56,688 bases of DNA from an uncultured Rhodobacteraceae bacterium (GTDB taxonomy: Bacteria > Pseudomonadota > Alphaproteobacteria > Rhodobacterales > Rhodobacteraceae), in assembly GCA_937944395.1 (NCBI GenBank), contig CALDYW010000031.1:1-56688 (forward strand). The letters are read 5' to 3'. This document shows positions 30,526 through 39,154 of this stretch, piece by piece. The notes beneath the pieces are model-generated. The model was not told the origin of the DNA and ran no database searches. It saw only the letters and a program-made list of their open reading frames with translations. The position numbers and the translations under genes were made by a program. The first letter of the stretch is position 1. The number at the start of each line of letters is the position of its first letter.

Positions 30526-30897
30526 TCACTCCGCCGCGCGGATCGACCCGCCCATGGCCAGACGCCGGCAGGCGACGTCGGCGGGCCAGTCCACGATCCG
30601 GCGCGCGAGGTGCCAGCCGGCCCCCCGCGCCTCGAGGCGCAGATAGAACGGCTTCCAGCCCGCGGTCAGCCCGAAGGCATTGCGCCAGCGCACCTCGCCG
30701 CAGACCGCCCAGCCGCCGTCCGAAAGCGCGAAGGCGCCGACCCGTCGCAAGCGCACCGCCTCGTCGCGGGGAAGGTGCGCGGCGACCAGACCCGGCACCA
30801 GTTCGGCCAGCTCGGCCGGCAGCGGCGCCGGCGTTCCCGAAAGCCGCCCGGCCCGCACCGGCCCGGCGGCGGCGAGCGCCACCGTGAGGGCAAGCAC
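30526..30897 (-). CDS. hypothetical secreted protein
   Basis: Strong GC3 coding bias and a hydrophobic N-terminus (LALTVALAAAGPVRA). No family recognised and the start is uncertain. A coding-like continuation in another frame lies downstream (see findings). Confidence 0.45.
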   Translation of the reverse strand: MLALTVALAAAGPVRAGRLSGTPAPLPAELAELVPGLVAAHLPRDEAVRLRRVGAFALSDGGWAVCGEVRWRNAFGLTAGWKPFYLRLEARGAGWHLARRIVDWPADVACRRLAMGGSIRAAE

Positions 30898-31009
30898 AAT
30901 CGTCGGCAGGGCAGGGCGCAGGGCGGGTTCCTCGCGGCGGACTCGTCGCCGCAGGGTCCTGCGCCCGTGGTTAACGGCGGGTAAACCGGGCGGAGCCCTC
31001 CGGCCTGAA

Positions 31010-31052
31010 CCGCCCCAGACCTCAGCCGCCCCAGACCTCAGCCGCCCCAGAG
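31010..31052. repeat. 16-bp tandem duplication (ccgccccagacctcag x2 plus a partial unit) spanning the stop of the DUF882 gene
   Basis: Units at 31010-31025 and 31026-41, with a partial unit at 31042-52. Each full unit carries the TGA (tca on the + strand). Confidence 0.85.
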
Positions 31053-31607
31053 GCGGACCGGTCCGCAGTCCATGTGCACGAAGTTCGACCGCGAATACCG
31101 GCCGACGCCGCCGGCGGCGCAGGCGGCCGCCGCGCGGGCCATCTGGTTCACGCTGCGCGAGCGCAGCCGCAGGTCGGCGGCCTGGCCGCGCATGTGCAGC
31201 GAATTGCGCGCCACCCCGCGCGAGGAGGCGCGCAGCATCGCGTTGGTCTGCGGGGTCCGGTAGCCCGACAGCAGGTTGTAGGGCTCGCTGACCTCGAGCA
31301 GGTTGTGCGCCGCGGCCATGATGTCGATCGTGCGGGCGTCGATGCGGGCGACCGCGCCCGACCGCCAGTCGCGCATGAAGTGGTTGATCTCGGCCATCGC
31401 CTCGGGAATGTAGCTGCCCTCGATCCAGTAGATCAGGTCGAGGCTCTCCCCGGTGCGGCCCGAATACATGCGGATGCGCCGGATGTCGCCGGCACCGCGG
31501 AGAAGCCCGAAGGCGTTGGCATAGGTGGGTGCCGCCACGATCGCGCCGGCCGCAAACACCCTCAGCAGTCCGCGGCGCGTAACGCCCGTTCCGGTCTGTT
31601 CAGTCAT
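31038..31607 (-). CDS. DUF882 / YcbK(MepK)-like peptidase M15 family protein with Tat signal
   Basis: MTEQTGTGVTRRGLLRVFAAGAIVAAPTYANA (Tat signal), then ...LLSGYRTPQTNAML...NSLHMRGQAADLRL...RSNFVHMDCG (Zn-peptidase motifs of the YcbK family). Confidence 0.85.
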   Translation of the reverse strand: MTEQTGTGVTRRGLLRVFAAGAIVAAPTYANAFGLLRGAGDIRRIRMYSGRTGESLDLIYWIEGSYIPEAMAEINHFMRDWRSGAVARIDARTIDIMAAAHNLLEVSEPYNLLSGYRTPQTNAMLRASSRGVARNSLHMRGQAADLRLRSRSVNQMARAAAACAAGGVGRYSRSNFVHMDCGPVRLWGG

Positions 31608-31888
31608 TCTTCCGTGCCTGTCCCGCTTCCAGCCCTGGGCCGCCTGTCGCAGCCGTTCATCTTTGCTTGAGCGGCGGCAGTATGGCATGGCCTGCCGCGG
31701 GGCAGAACCCGCGCCCGGCCGATTCGCGGGGTTTTTCCGAAAGCTGCGCGGAATCCCGCCGAATCCGGCCGTTGCACCGCGGCGACAGGGCAAGCGCGAA
31801 GCGATGCCCCGGCGTGGACAAGTCGGGAAAAATCAGTGGAAACTGAACGGTGCGGGCGCCTGCCGCCCGCGTCGGAAGGAGTAGCGCG

Positions 31889-33499
31889 ATGATCCGATCC
31901 GTCCGGGATGGCCTTGGCCAGGCAGCGGCTCTGGTGCTGGTCCTGACGCTGGCCGCCGACCCGGCGCGGGCAGTCGAGATCACCGTGTTCCGCCAGGCGG
32001 TCGCCGAGGCGGCGGCGGCGGAAGATGCGGTGGCGGCCTTCTACCGGGCACGCGACTACGCGCCGTTGTGGACGGGCGAGGACGCCGCGCAGCGCCGGTC
32101 GGCGCTGCTTCATGCCCTCGCGCAGGCGCCTGCGCATGGCCTGCCGGCAAAGCGCTACGATCCGCATTCGATCGCGGCCGCCTTCCGCGCCGCGAGGGGC
32201 GAGCGCGAGGTCGGACAGCTCGAGGTCGCCACGACCCTCGCCTTCCTTGCCTATGCGCGCGACATCCAGTCGGGTGCGCTCGACCCCGGCCGGATCCTGC
32301 CGGCCGAGATCAAGCGCGAGCTGCCCCGCCGCGACCCCGCCGCGACGCTGGCGGCCTTCGCCGCCGCGCCCGATCCGGCCGCCTTCCTGCGCAACCTCGC
32401 GCCGAGGAGCGCGGCCTACGCGATGCTGATGCGCGAGAAGGCCAGGCTCGAGCGCGTGATCGCGGCGGGCGGCTGGGGGCCGCGCGTGCCGGGGGAGCGG
32501 CTCGAACCCGGCGCGACCGGCGCCGCGGTGGTGGCGCTGCGCGACCGGCTGACCGCGATGGGCTTCCTCGCGCCCTCGGTGGTCGCCCGCTACGATGCGG
32601 CGATGGTGGCGGCGGTGCGCGCCTTCCAGGCGGCGCACGGGCTTCCGGCCGACGGCGTGGCCGGTGCCGCGACGCTGGCCGAGGTCAACCGCCCGGCGGA
32701 GGAGCGGCTGCAGGCGGTGCTCGTGGCGCTCGAACGCGAGCGCTGGATGAACCTCGAGGGCGGGCTCGGCCAGCGGCACATCTGGGTCAACCTGCCCGAT
32801 TTCGTCGCCCGCATCGTCGATGACGGCAAGGTGAGCTTCGAGACCCGCGCCGTGGTGGGCGAGCGCCGCCCCGAGAAGCGCACCTACGAGTTCTCCGACG
32901 AGATGGAGTACATGGAGGTCAATCCGGACTGGACGGTGCCGCGCTCGATCCTCGCGCGCGACTACCTGCCCCGGCTGCAGGCCAATCCGAACGCGGCGAG
33001 CTACCTCAAGCTCATCGATGCACGCGGGCGCGAGGTGCCGCGATCGGCGGTGAACTTCGCCGCCTACTCGGCGCGCAACTTCCCCTTCTCGCTGCGCCAG
33101 CCGCCGGGGCCGTCGAACTCGCTCGGGCGGGTCAAGTTCATGTTCCCGAACGCGCATTCGATCTACCTGCACGACACGCCGGCGAAGGAGCTGTTCCAGC
33201 GCGAGGTGCGCGACTACTCCTCGGGCTGCATCCGCCTCGCCGATCCGTTCGACTTCGCCTACCGGCTGCTCGAGCGGCAGATGGAGGATCCGAGGCCCTA
33301 TTTCGACGCGCTGGTGGCCAGCGGCCAGCAGACGCGGGTCCGGCTCGAGGCCCATGTGCCGGTGCACCTTGTCTATTTCACCGCCTACCCGGGCGCGACG
33401 GGGACGATGCAGTACCGCCGCGACATCTACGGCCGCGACGCGGTGCTGTTCCGGGCGCTGCTCGAGGCGGGGGTGGCGTTTCCGGGCGCAGGGGGCTAG
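31889..33499 (+). CDS. L,D-transpeptidase, YcbB/LdtD-like (PG-binding plus YkuD domains)
   Basis: PG-binding repeat (VVALRDRLTAMGFL...AVRAFQAAHGLPADGVAG) and the YkuD catalytic region ...IYLHDTPAKELFQREVRDYSSGCIRL. ATG 31889 lies 7 nt after GGAAGGAG. Confidence 0.9.
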   Translation: MIRSVRDGLGQAAALVLVLTLAADPARAVEITVFRQAVAEAAAAEDAVAAFYRARDYAPLWTGEDAAQRRSALLHALAQAPAHGLPAKRYDPHSIAAAFRAARGEREVGQLEVATTLAFLAYARDIQSGALDPGRILPAEIKRELPRRDPAATLAAFAAAPDPAAFLRNLAPRSAAYAMLMREKARLERVIAAGGWGPRVPGERLEPGATGAAVVALRDRLTAMGFLAPSVVARYDAAMVAAVRAFQAAHGLPADGVAGAATLAEVNRPAEERLQAVLVALERERWMNLEGGLGQRHIWVNLPDFVARIVDDGKVSFETRAVVGERRPEKRTYEFSDEMEYMEVNPDWTVPRSILARDYLPRLQANPNAASYLKLIDARGREVPRSAVNFAAYSARNFPFSLRQPPGPSNSLGRVKFMFPNAHSIYLHDTPAKELFQREVRDYSSGCIRLADPFDFAYRLLERQMEDPRPYFDALVASGQQTRVRLEAHVPVHLVYFTAYPGATGTMQYRRDIYGRDAVLFRALLEAGVAFPGAGG

Positions 33500-33547
33500 A
33501 CCGCGCCTCGCCGCGCCCGGCCCGGTGCGGGCGGGACGGAGGCCGCC

Positions 33548-34648
33548 ATGACCCACAGCCTTGCCGAGATCGCCGCCGCGGTCGGCGCCGTTGCCGAAGG
33601 CAACGCCGACCTGCGCGTGACCGGTGCCGCCGAGCCCGCTGCCGCCGGCCCGGAGACGCTGGCCATGGCCATGAGCCCGGCCTATGCCGAAGCCCTGTCC
33701 CGCGGCCGGGCCCGGGCCGCGATGCTTTGGGAGGGGGCGGACTGGCGCGCGCTCGGGCTCGAGGCGGCGATCCTCGTGCGCCGTCCGCGCCTTGCCATGG
33801 CCGGTCTCACCCGGCTTCTCGACCCCGGGCCCGGGCTGGCGCCGGGCATCCACGCCACCGCCGCGATCGACCCTTCGGCAGAGATCGGGGCCGATGCCGC
33901 GATCGGTCCCTTCGTCGTCGTGGGGGCAGGGGCGCGGATCGGCCCCGGGGCACGGATCGGCCCGCATGCCAGCATCGGCCCCGGCGCCCGGATCGGGGCC
34001 GAAGCGCTGATTCATGCCGGGGTGCGGATCGGTGCGCGCGTGGTGATCGGCGACCGCTTCATCGCCCAGCCCGGGGCGGTGGTGGGCTCGGACGGCTTCT
34101 CCTTCGTCACGCCCGAGGAATCGGCGGTCGAGGCGGCGCGGGCGAGCCTCGGGCGCCACGGCACCGCGGCGCCGGACAGGGGCCAGCGGTGGCTGCGGAT
34201 CCATTCGCTGGGCGCGGTCGAGGTCGGCGACGATGTCGAGATCGGCGCCAACACCTGCATCGACGCCGGCACGATCCGCGCCACGCGCATCGGCAGCGGC
34301 AGCAAGCTCGACAACCTCGTGCACGTCGGCCACAACGTCGAGATCGGCCAGGACTGCATGCTGTGCGGCCAGGTCGGCATCGCCGGATCGACCCGGCTCG
34401 GCAGCCGTGTGGTTCTGGCCGGCCAGTGCGGCGTCAACGACAACATCTTCGTGGGCGACGACGTGATCGCGGGCGGGGCGACGAAGATCTTCACCAACGT
34501 GCCGGCCGGCCGGGTGATCCTCGGCAACCCGGCGGTGAAGATGGAGACCCAGCTCGAGATCCAGAAGGCCGTCCGCCGGCTGCCGCGGCTTGCGGCCGCC
34601 GTCGCAGCGCTGCAGAAAGCGGTTCCCTTGGGCGGGCCGAAGGACTAG
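33548..34648 (+). CDS. lpxD: UDP-3-O-acylglucosamine N-acyltransferase paralog (LpxD-like left-handed beta-helix)
   Basis: LpxD N-terminal domain ([10 protein letters not shown]...LRVTG), hexapeptide repeats ([38 protein letters not shown]...), and ...GSDGFSF...[25 protein letters not shown]...[14 protein letters not shown]. It is not in the canonical bamA-lpxD-fabZ-lpxA context. Confidence 0.8.
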   Translation: MTHSLAEIAAAVGAVAEGNADLRVTGAAEPAAAGPETLAMAMSPAYAEALSRGRARAAMLWEGADWRALGLEAAILVRRPRLAMAGLTRLLDPGPGLAPGIHATAAIDPSAEIGADAAIGPFVVVGAGARIGPGARIGPHASIGPGARIGAEALIHAGVRIGARVVIGDRFIAQPGAVVGSDGFSFVTPEESAVEAARASLGRHGTAAPDRGQRWLRIHSLGAVEVGDDVEIGANTCIDAGTIRATRIGSGSKLDNLVHVGHNVEIGQDCMLCGQVGIAGSTRLGSRVVLAGQCGVNDNIFVGDDVIAGGATKIFTNVPAGRVILGNPAVKMETQLEIQKAVRRLPRLAAAVAALQKAVPLGGPKD

Positions 34649-34684
34649 ATGGGGGCGCGGCGAACCGAAACCCGGGAGTGGCAG

Positions 34685-34954
34685 ATGGCGGACAGCGTCA
34701 GGGAAAAAGTTCTGCGCATCATTGCCGAACAGGCCGTTCTGGACGTCGAGGACGTGAAGATGTCATCGACCCTCGAGGATCTCGGGATCGACAGCCTCGG
34801 GCTCGTGGAGTCGATCTTCGCCATCGAGGAGGCCTTCGACATCCAGGTGCCGTTCAACGCCAACGACCCGGCGGCCAGCGAGTTCGACATCTCGTCGGTG
34901 GCGGCCATCGTGGCCGCGGTCGAGGGCCTGGTCGCCCGGAGAGAGAGGGCCTGA
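34685..34954 (+). CDS. acyl carrier protein, NodF-like
   Basis: MADSVREKVLRIIAEQ...LEDLGIDSLGLVESIFAIEEAFDIQVP. The phosphopantetheine Ser is in a DSLG context, unlike the AcpP DSLD context. GGGAG lies 6 nt upstream of the ATG. Confidence 0.85.
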   Translation: MADSVREKVLRIIAEQAVLDVEDVKMSSTLEDLGIDSLGLVESIFAIEEAFDIQVPFNANDPAASEFDISSVAAIVAAVEGLVARRERA

Positions 34955-34964
34955 GGCGCCGCCC

Positions 34965-36173
34965 ATGCGCCGCGTCGTCATCACCGGGGCCGGCACGATC
35001 AATGCCCTCGGCCGCGACGTGCCCTCGACGCTCGCCGCCTTCCGCGAGGGGCGTTGCGGCATCACCGAGCTCGCCTTCCGCGACGTCGAGCGGCTGTCGA
35101 TCCGCATCGGCGGGCAGGTGCACGGATGGGATCCCGAAGCGCACTTCAACCGGCAGCAGATCGCGCTCTACGACAAGTTCACCCAGTTCACCTTCCTCGC
35201 CGCCCGGCAGGCGATCGAGCAGTCGGGCATCCGGTTCGAGGGCGCGCTGTCGCTGGCCTCGGGCGTCGTGCTCGGCACCGCCGGAGGGGGCGTGAACACC
35301 TGGGACGAAAGCTATCGCGTGGTCTACGAGGAGGGGAAGAACCGGGTCCACCCCTTCGTGATCCCGAAGCTCATGAACAACGCGGCGGCGAGCCACCTGA
35401 GCATGGAATGGAACCTCAGGGGCCCCTCGTTCACCGTCGCAACCGCCTGCTCGAGCTCGAATCATGCGATGGGTCTTGCCTTCCAGATGATCCGCTCGGG
35501 CGCCGCGACGGCGATGCTGACCGGCGGATCCGAATCGATGCTCTGCTTCGGCGGCGTGAAGTCGTGGGAAGGGTTGCGGGTCATGTCCAAGACCGGCTGC
35601 CGCCCCTTCAGCGCCAGCCGCGACGGCATGGTGCAGGGCGAGGGGGCGGCGGTGTTCGTGTTCGAGGACTACGAGCATGCGCGCGCCCGCGGCGCCCCGA
35701 TCCTGGCCGAGGTCGCGGGGTTCGCGATGACGTCGGACGCGGGCGACATCGTGATGCCGCAGGCCGCAGGCGCCGAGCGCGCGATCACCGGCGCCCTGCG
35801 CGATGCGCGGCTGAACCCCGAGGACATCGGCTACATCAACGCCCACGGCACCGGGACGGCGGCCAACGACAAGACCGAATGCGCCGCCGTCGCGCATGCC
35901 TTCGGGCACCATGCCGACCGGCTGATGATCTCGTCCACCAAGTCGATGCACGGGCACCTGATCGGCGGCACCGGTGCGGTAGAGCTTCTCGCCTGCCTGA
36001 TGGCGCTGAACGACGGCGTGATCGCGCCCACCATCGGCTACGACGAGCCCGACCCCGAATGCGCGCTCGACGTGGTGCCGAACGAGGCGCGCGAGGCGAA
36101 GGTGGATGCCGTCCTGTCCAACGCCTTCGCCTTCGGCGGTCTGAACGCGGTCATCGCGCTGCGCCGGATCTGA
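34965..36173 (+). CDS. beta-ketoacyl-ACP synthase (KAS I/II, NodE/FabF-like)
   Basis: MRRVVITGAGTINALG..., active-site ATACSSSNHAMG, NAHGTGT and SMHGHLIGGTG (Cys-His-His triad), and a C-terminal NAFAFGGLNAV. Confidence 0.9.
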   Translation: MRRVVITGAGTINALGRDVPSTLAAFREGRCGITELAFRDVERLSIRIGGQVHGWDPEAHFNRQQIALYDKFTQFTFLAARQAIEQSGIRFEGALSLASGVVLGTAGGGVNTWDESYRVVYEEGKNRVHPFVIPKLMNNAAASHLSMEWNLRGPSFTVATACSSSNHAMGLAFQMIRSGAATAMLTGGSESMLCFGGVKSWEGLRVMSKTGCRPFSASRDGMVQGEGAAVFVFEDYEHARARGAPILAEVAGFAMTSDAGDIVMPQAAGAERAITGALRDARLNPEDIGYINAHGTGTAANDKTECAAVAHAFGHHADRLMISSTKSMHGHLIGGTGAVELLACLMALNDGVIAPTIGYDEPDPECALDVVPNEAREAKVDAVLSNAFAFGGLNAVIALRRI

Positions 36174-36371
36174 CGCCGGATCGGGCCCGGCCGACCGGCG
36201 GAGGCCCTTGCCCTCTGCCGCCCGGCACCCGTGACCGCGGCGGGCCCCGGCTGGCGGGACTGCCCGGGCCGGCCTTGGCCTGCGGCCCCCGTGACGCGGA
36301 GCAGGGCGCGCCGGCCGGCGGGGCCCCGGCCGCTGCCGGGCCGGGCGAAGCGCGCGGTCAGCGCGCCGGGA

Positions 36372-37016
36372 TCACTCGCCCGCCGAGGTTGCCAGTTCCT
36401 TCACGATCTCGCTCAGCGCATCGTAACCCGCGGTGAACCCCGTCAGCGAGGCCGACACCGTGATCCGCCGGTCGGGCGCGACCACCGGCACGATCGTCAC
36501 CGTCGCGGCGCGCCCGCGCTTGAAGCGCGCGATGTCGTCGGCCGAAAAGCCGATGCGGGCGAAGCAGCCGGTCTCGGTGCAGAAGGTGAAGGGATAGCGC
36601 CGCGCCCCGCCGCCATCAACCGCGATGGTGACCTGCTCGGTCAGCAGAGTCTCGAGCGGAGTGATCACCGCGCCGCCGGCCACCGCCTGGCCCTGCGGCG
36701 GCGTCAGCGGGAACACCGAGAACTCGACCACGGGGTTGCCATCTCCGTCGCGCAGCAGCTGGAACAGCTGGCAGGGGTCGCGCCCCGACTCGGTGCGGAC
36801 GCAGCGGATGTCCCAGTCGCCGTGCCGGGCCTTGACGTAGGGGGTGCCGACGGCGTTGCCGTCGGGGGCCACCGGCTCGCCCATCGGCAGGTCGGTCGCC
36901 GCAGCCGAAGGGGCTTCGGTGGCGGGCACCTCCGCTGCAGGCGTGCCGCTGTCCTGCGCGAACGCGGGCAGACCGGCAAGGACGAGGGCGGCGATCGGGG
37001 CAAGAGGCATGCGCAT
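36372..37016 (-). CDS. invasion-associated locus B (IalB) family protein
   Basis: Signal peptide MRMPLAPIAALVLAGLPAFA, then ...HGDWDIRCV...CQLFQ...VEFSVFPL...LPLG-type architecture and ...CTETGCFARIGFSADDIARFKRG. Confidence 0.75.
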   Translation of the reverse strand: MRMPLAPIAALVLAGLPAFAQDSGTPAAEVPATEAPSAAATDLPMGEPVAPDGNAVGTPYVKARHGDWDIRCVRTESGRDPCQLFQLLRDGDGNPVVEFSVFPLTPPQGQAVAGGAVITPLETLLTEQVTIAVDGGGARRYPFTFCTETGCFARIGFSADDIARFKRGRAATVTIVPVVAPDRRITVSASLTGFTAGYDALSEIVKELATSAGE

Positions 37017-37135
37017 GGGGATATGGTCCGGGTTCCGCGAGTGTTTCGGCCGTCGCTCTAGCATGCGCCGTTGCGGGTGTCAGTGCCGTTTTCGGGAGCG
37101 CCCCGGTTGCGCCGGCGTTCCGGCGCCGCCGTGAG

Positions 37136-37162
37136 AAAAAGGGCCTCCGCAAGGCCCTTTTT
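37136..37162. terminator. bidirectional intrinsic terminator hairpin in a divergent intergenic region
   Basis: AAAAA-GGGCC-tccgcaa-GGCCC-TTTTT (stem 37141-45 / 37153-57). Confidence 0.6.
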
Positions 37163-37277
37163 CAGCTTCGTCGCTCCCCGCCGGACTGGCCGACCTAGTT
37201 ATTGCAGCGGACGCTAAGGCCTTTGACGGCGGCCGTCAACGGGGAATCCTTGGCCCGCATGCGGATGATCTTCCGGC

Positions 37278-37307
37278 AAAAAAAGGGCCGCACCCGTGGG
37301 TGCGGCC
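37278..37307 (-). terminator. strong minus-strand intrinsic terminator with no upstream annotated minus-strand gene
   Basis: The minus strand reads GGCCGCACCC-ac-GGGTGCGGCC followed by CTTTTTTTGCC. The 10-bp GC stem is 37286-37307 and the U7 tract is 37284-37278. Confidence 0.65.
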
Positions 37308-37425
37308 AGTCCGACAGGGAGGAAGTCCGCAGGCGCCGCACCGCCAGGCCCGGCGCCGGCACGGGGCAGACTGGCAGATACGGGTTAAGGATGTATTCTC
37401 GGCGCGAGGACTGGGAGGACGGGGC

Positions 37426-38976
37426 ATGGAGGGCGGCATCTTCGTCGGCGGCGGGGGCGAGGGCTACGGCGCGCCCCAGCACCTTCTCCTGCGGCAGGCC
37501 AACCGCCACGGGCTGATCGCCGGCGCAACCGGCACCGGCAAGACGGTGACGCTGCAGATCCTCGCCGAGGGGTTCGCGGCAGCGGGGGTTCCGGTGGTCC
37601 TCGCCGACGTGAAGGGCGACCTTGCCGGGATCGCGCAGCCCGGCGACCCCGCCGGCCGGCTGCACGAGGGCTTCGTCCGGCGCGCCCGGACCATCGGTCT
37701 CGACCTCGTCTACCGGCGCTTCCCGGTGACCTTCTGGGACATCTTCGGCGAGCAGGGTCATCCGGTGCGCACCACCGTGGCCGAGATGGGCCCCTTGCTG
37801 CTGTCGCGGCTCCTCGAGCTCAGCGAGGCGCAGGAGGGCGCGCTGAACATCGCCTTCCGGCTGGCCGACGAACAGGGCCTTCCGATCCTCGACCTCAAGG
37901 ATCTGCGGTCGCTGCTGACCTGGGTCGGCGAGAACGCCGGCGGCATCACGCTGCAATGGGGCAACGTCGCGCCGGCGACGATCGGGGCGATCCTGCGGCG
38001 GCTGCTCGTGCTCGAGAACGAGGGGGCGGCGCGGCTGTTCGGCGAGCCGGCACTGGCGCTGCCCGACCTCATGCTGACCGACGCCGAGGGCACCGGCCGG
38101 ATCAACATCCTTGCCGCCGACCGTCTGATGGCTGCGCCGCGGCTCTATGCCACCTTCCTGCTGTGGCTCCTGTCCGAACTCTTCGAGCAGCTGCCCGAAG
38201 TCGGCGACCCCGACCGGCCGCGGCTGGTGTTCTTCTTCGACGAGGCGCACCTGCTGTTCCGGGATGCGCCGAAGGCGCTGGTCGAGAAGGTCGAGCGGGT
38301 GGTCCGACTGATCCGCTCGAAGGGGGTCGGAGTCTTCTTCGTCACCCAGCATCCGGCGGACGTGCCGGATGCCGTGCTGTCGCAGCTCGGCAACCGGGTG
38401 CAGCACGCGCTGCGCGCCTTCACGCCGAAGGACCAGAGCGACCTGCGCAAGGCCGCGCAGACCTACCGGCCGAACCCGCGTTTCGCGACCGAAGCGGCGA
38501 TCCGCGAAGTCGGCACCGGCGAGGCGGTGACGTCCTTTCTCGATGCCAAGGGCGCGCCCGGCATGGTCGAACGCACGCTGATCCGGCCGCCGGCCTCGCG
38601 CCTCGGCCCGATCGCGCCCGAGGCCCGCGCCGCGCTGATCGCCGCCTCGCCGGTCGCCGGGCGCTACGAGGCCGGGATCGACCGCGAGAGCGCCCACGAG
38701 ATCCTCGCCGCCCGCGCGGCGGCGGCGGCGCAAGCGGCCGAAGCCGCCGCCCCGCCCGGGCCGCCCGCGGCCGGCGGGGCGGGGGACGAGGGGCGCGCCT
38801 TCACCCGCGCCCGCCGCTACGACGGCAGCGGCAGCGCCCCGGCGCCCTCCCGGCGCCTGCGCGCCGAGCCCACGCTCGGCGAGGCGCTGGGGCGGGCGGT
38901 GGTGAAGGAGCTGTCGGGCACGACCGGCCGCCGGCTGGTGCGCGGCATCCTCGGCGGACTCTTGCGCTCGCGCTGA
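37426..38976 (+). CDS. HerA-like helicase/ATPase, DUF853 family (YjgR-like)
   Basis: Walker A GATGTGKT and Walker [13 protein letters not shown], then ...[38 protein letters not shown].... GGGAGG lies 7 nt upstream of the ATG at 37426. Confidence 0.85.
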   Translation: MEGGIFVGGGGEGYGAPQHLLLRQANRHGLIAGATGTGKTVTLQILAEGFAAAGVPVVLADVKGDLAGIAQPGDPAGRLHEGFVRRARTIGLDLVYRRFPVTFWDIFGEQGHPVRTTVAEMGPLLLSRLLELSEAQEGALNIAFRLADEQGLPILDLKDLRSLLTWVGENAGGITLQWGNVAPATIGAILRRLLVLENEGAARLFGEPALALPDLMLTDAEGTGRINILAADRLMAAPRLYATFLLWLLSELFEQLPEVGDPDRPRLVFFFDEAHLLFRDAPKALVEKVERVVRLIRSKGVGVFFVTQHPADVPDAVLSQLGNRVQHALRAFTPKDQSDLRKAAQTYRPNPRFATEAAIREVGTGEAVTSFLDAKGAPGMVERTLIRPPASRLGPIAPEARAALIAASPVAGRYEAGIDRESAHEILAARAAAAAQAAEAAAPPGPPAAGGAGDEGRAFTRARRYDGSGSAPAPSRRLRAEPTLGEALGRAVVKELSGTTGRRLVRGILGGLLRSR

Positions 38977-39154
38977 GCCGCCGGCCGGCGGGGCGCCGCG
39001 GGCACGGCCCGGGGAGGCGGCGGAGCGGGCGCGGGCCCCCGGGAGCCCCGGGCGACCGCCGCGGTCGCCGCGACCGGACCTTCGGCCTGCGTTGACAGCC
39101 GCACGAAACCCGTCCACCCCTCCGCTCCGGGCAGGTGTCGGCGGGGGATCGGGC

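Noticed and set aside
37165-37425. tmRNA, RNase P RNA, SRP (4.5S) RNA or 6S RNA in the ialB / DUF853 intergenic region.
   Set aside because: None of the diagnostic elements is present: no tRNA-like T-arm (GGTTCGA) or Ala-rich tag ORF, no GGAGGAAAGTCCGGGC P4 core, and no SRP GGAA/AGCA domain IV motif. The region is too short for RNase P RNA. It is retained only as a candidate for a novel sRNA or small ORF.
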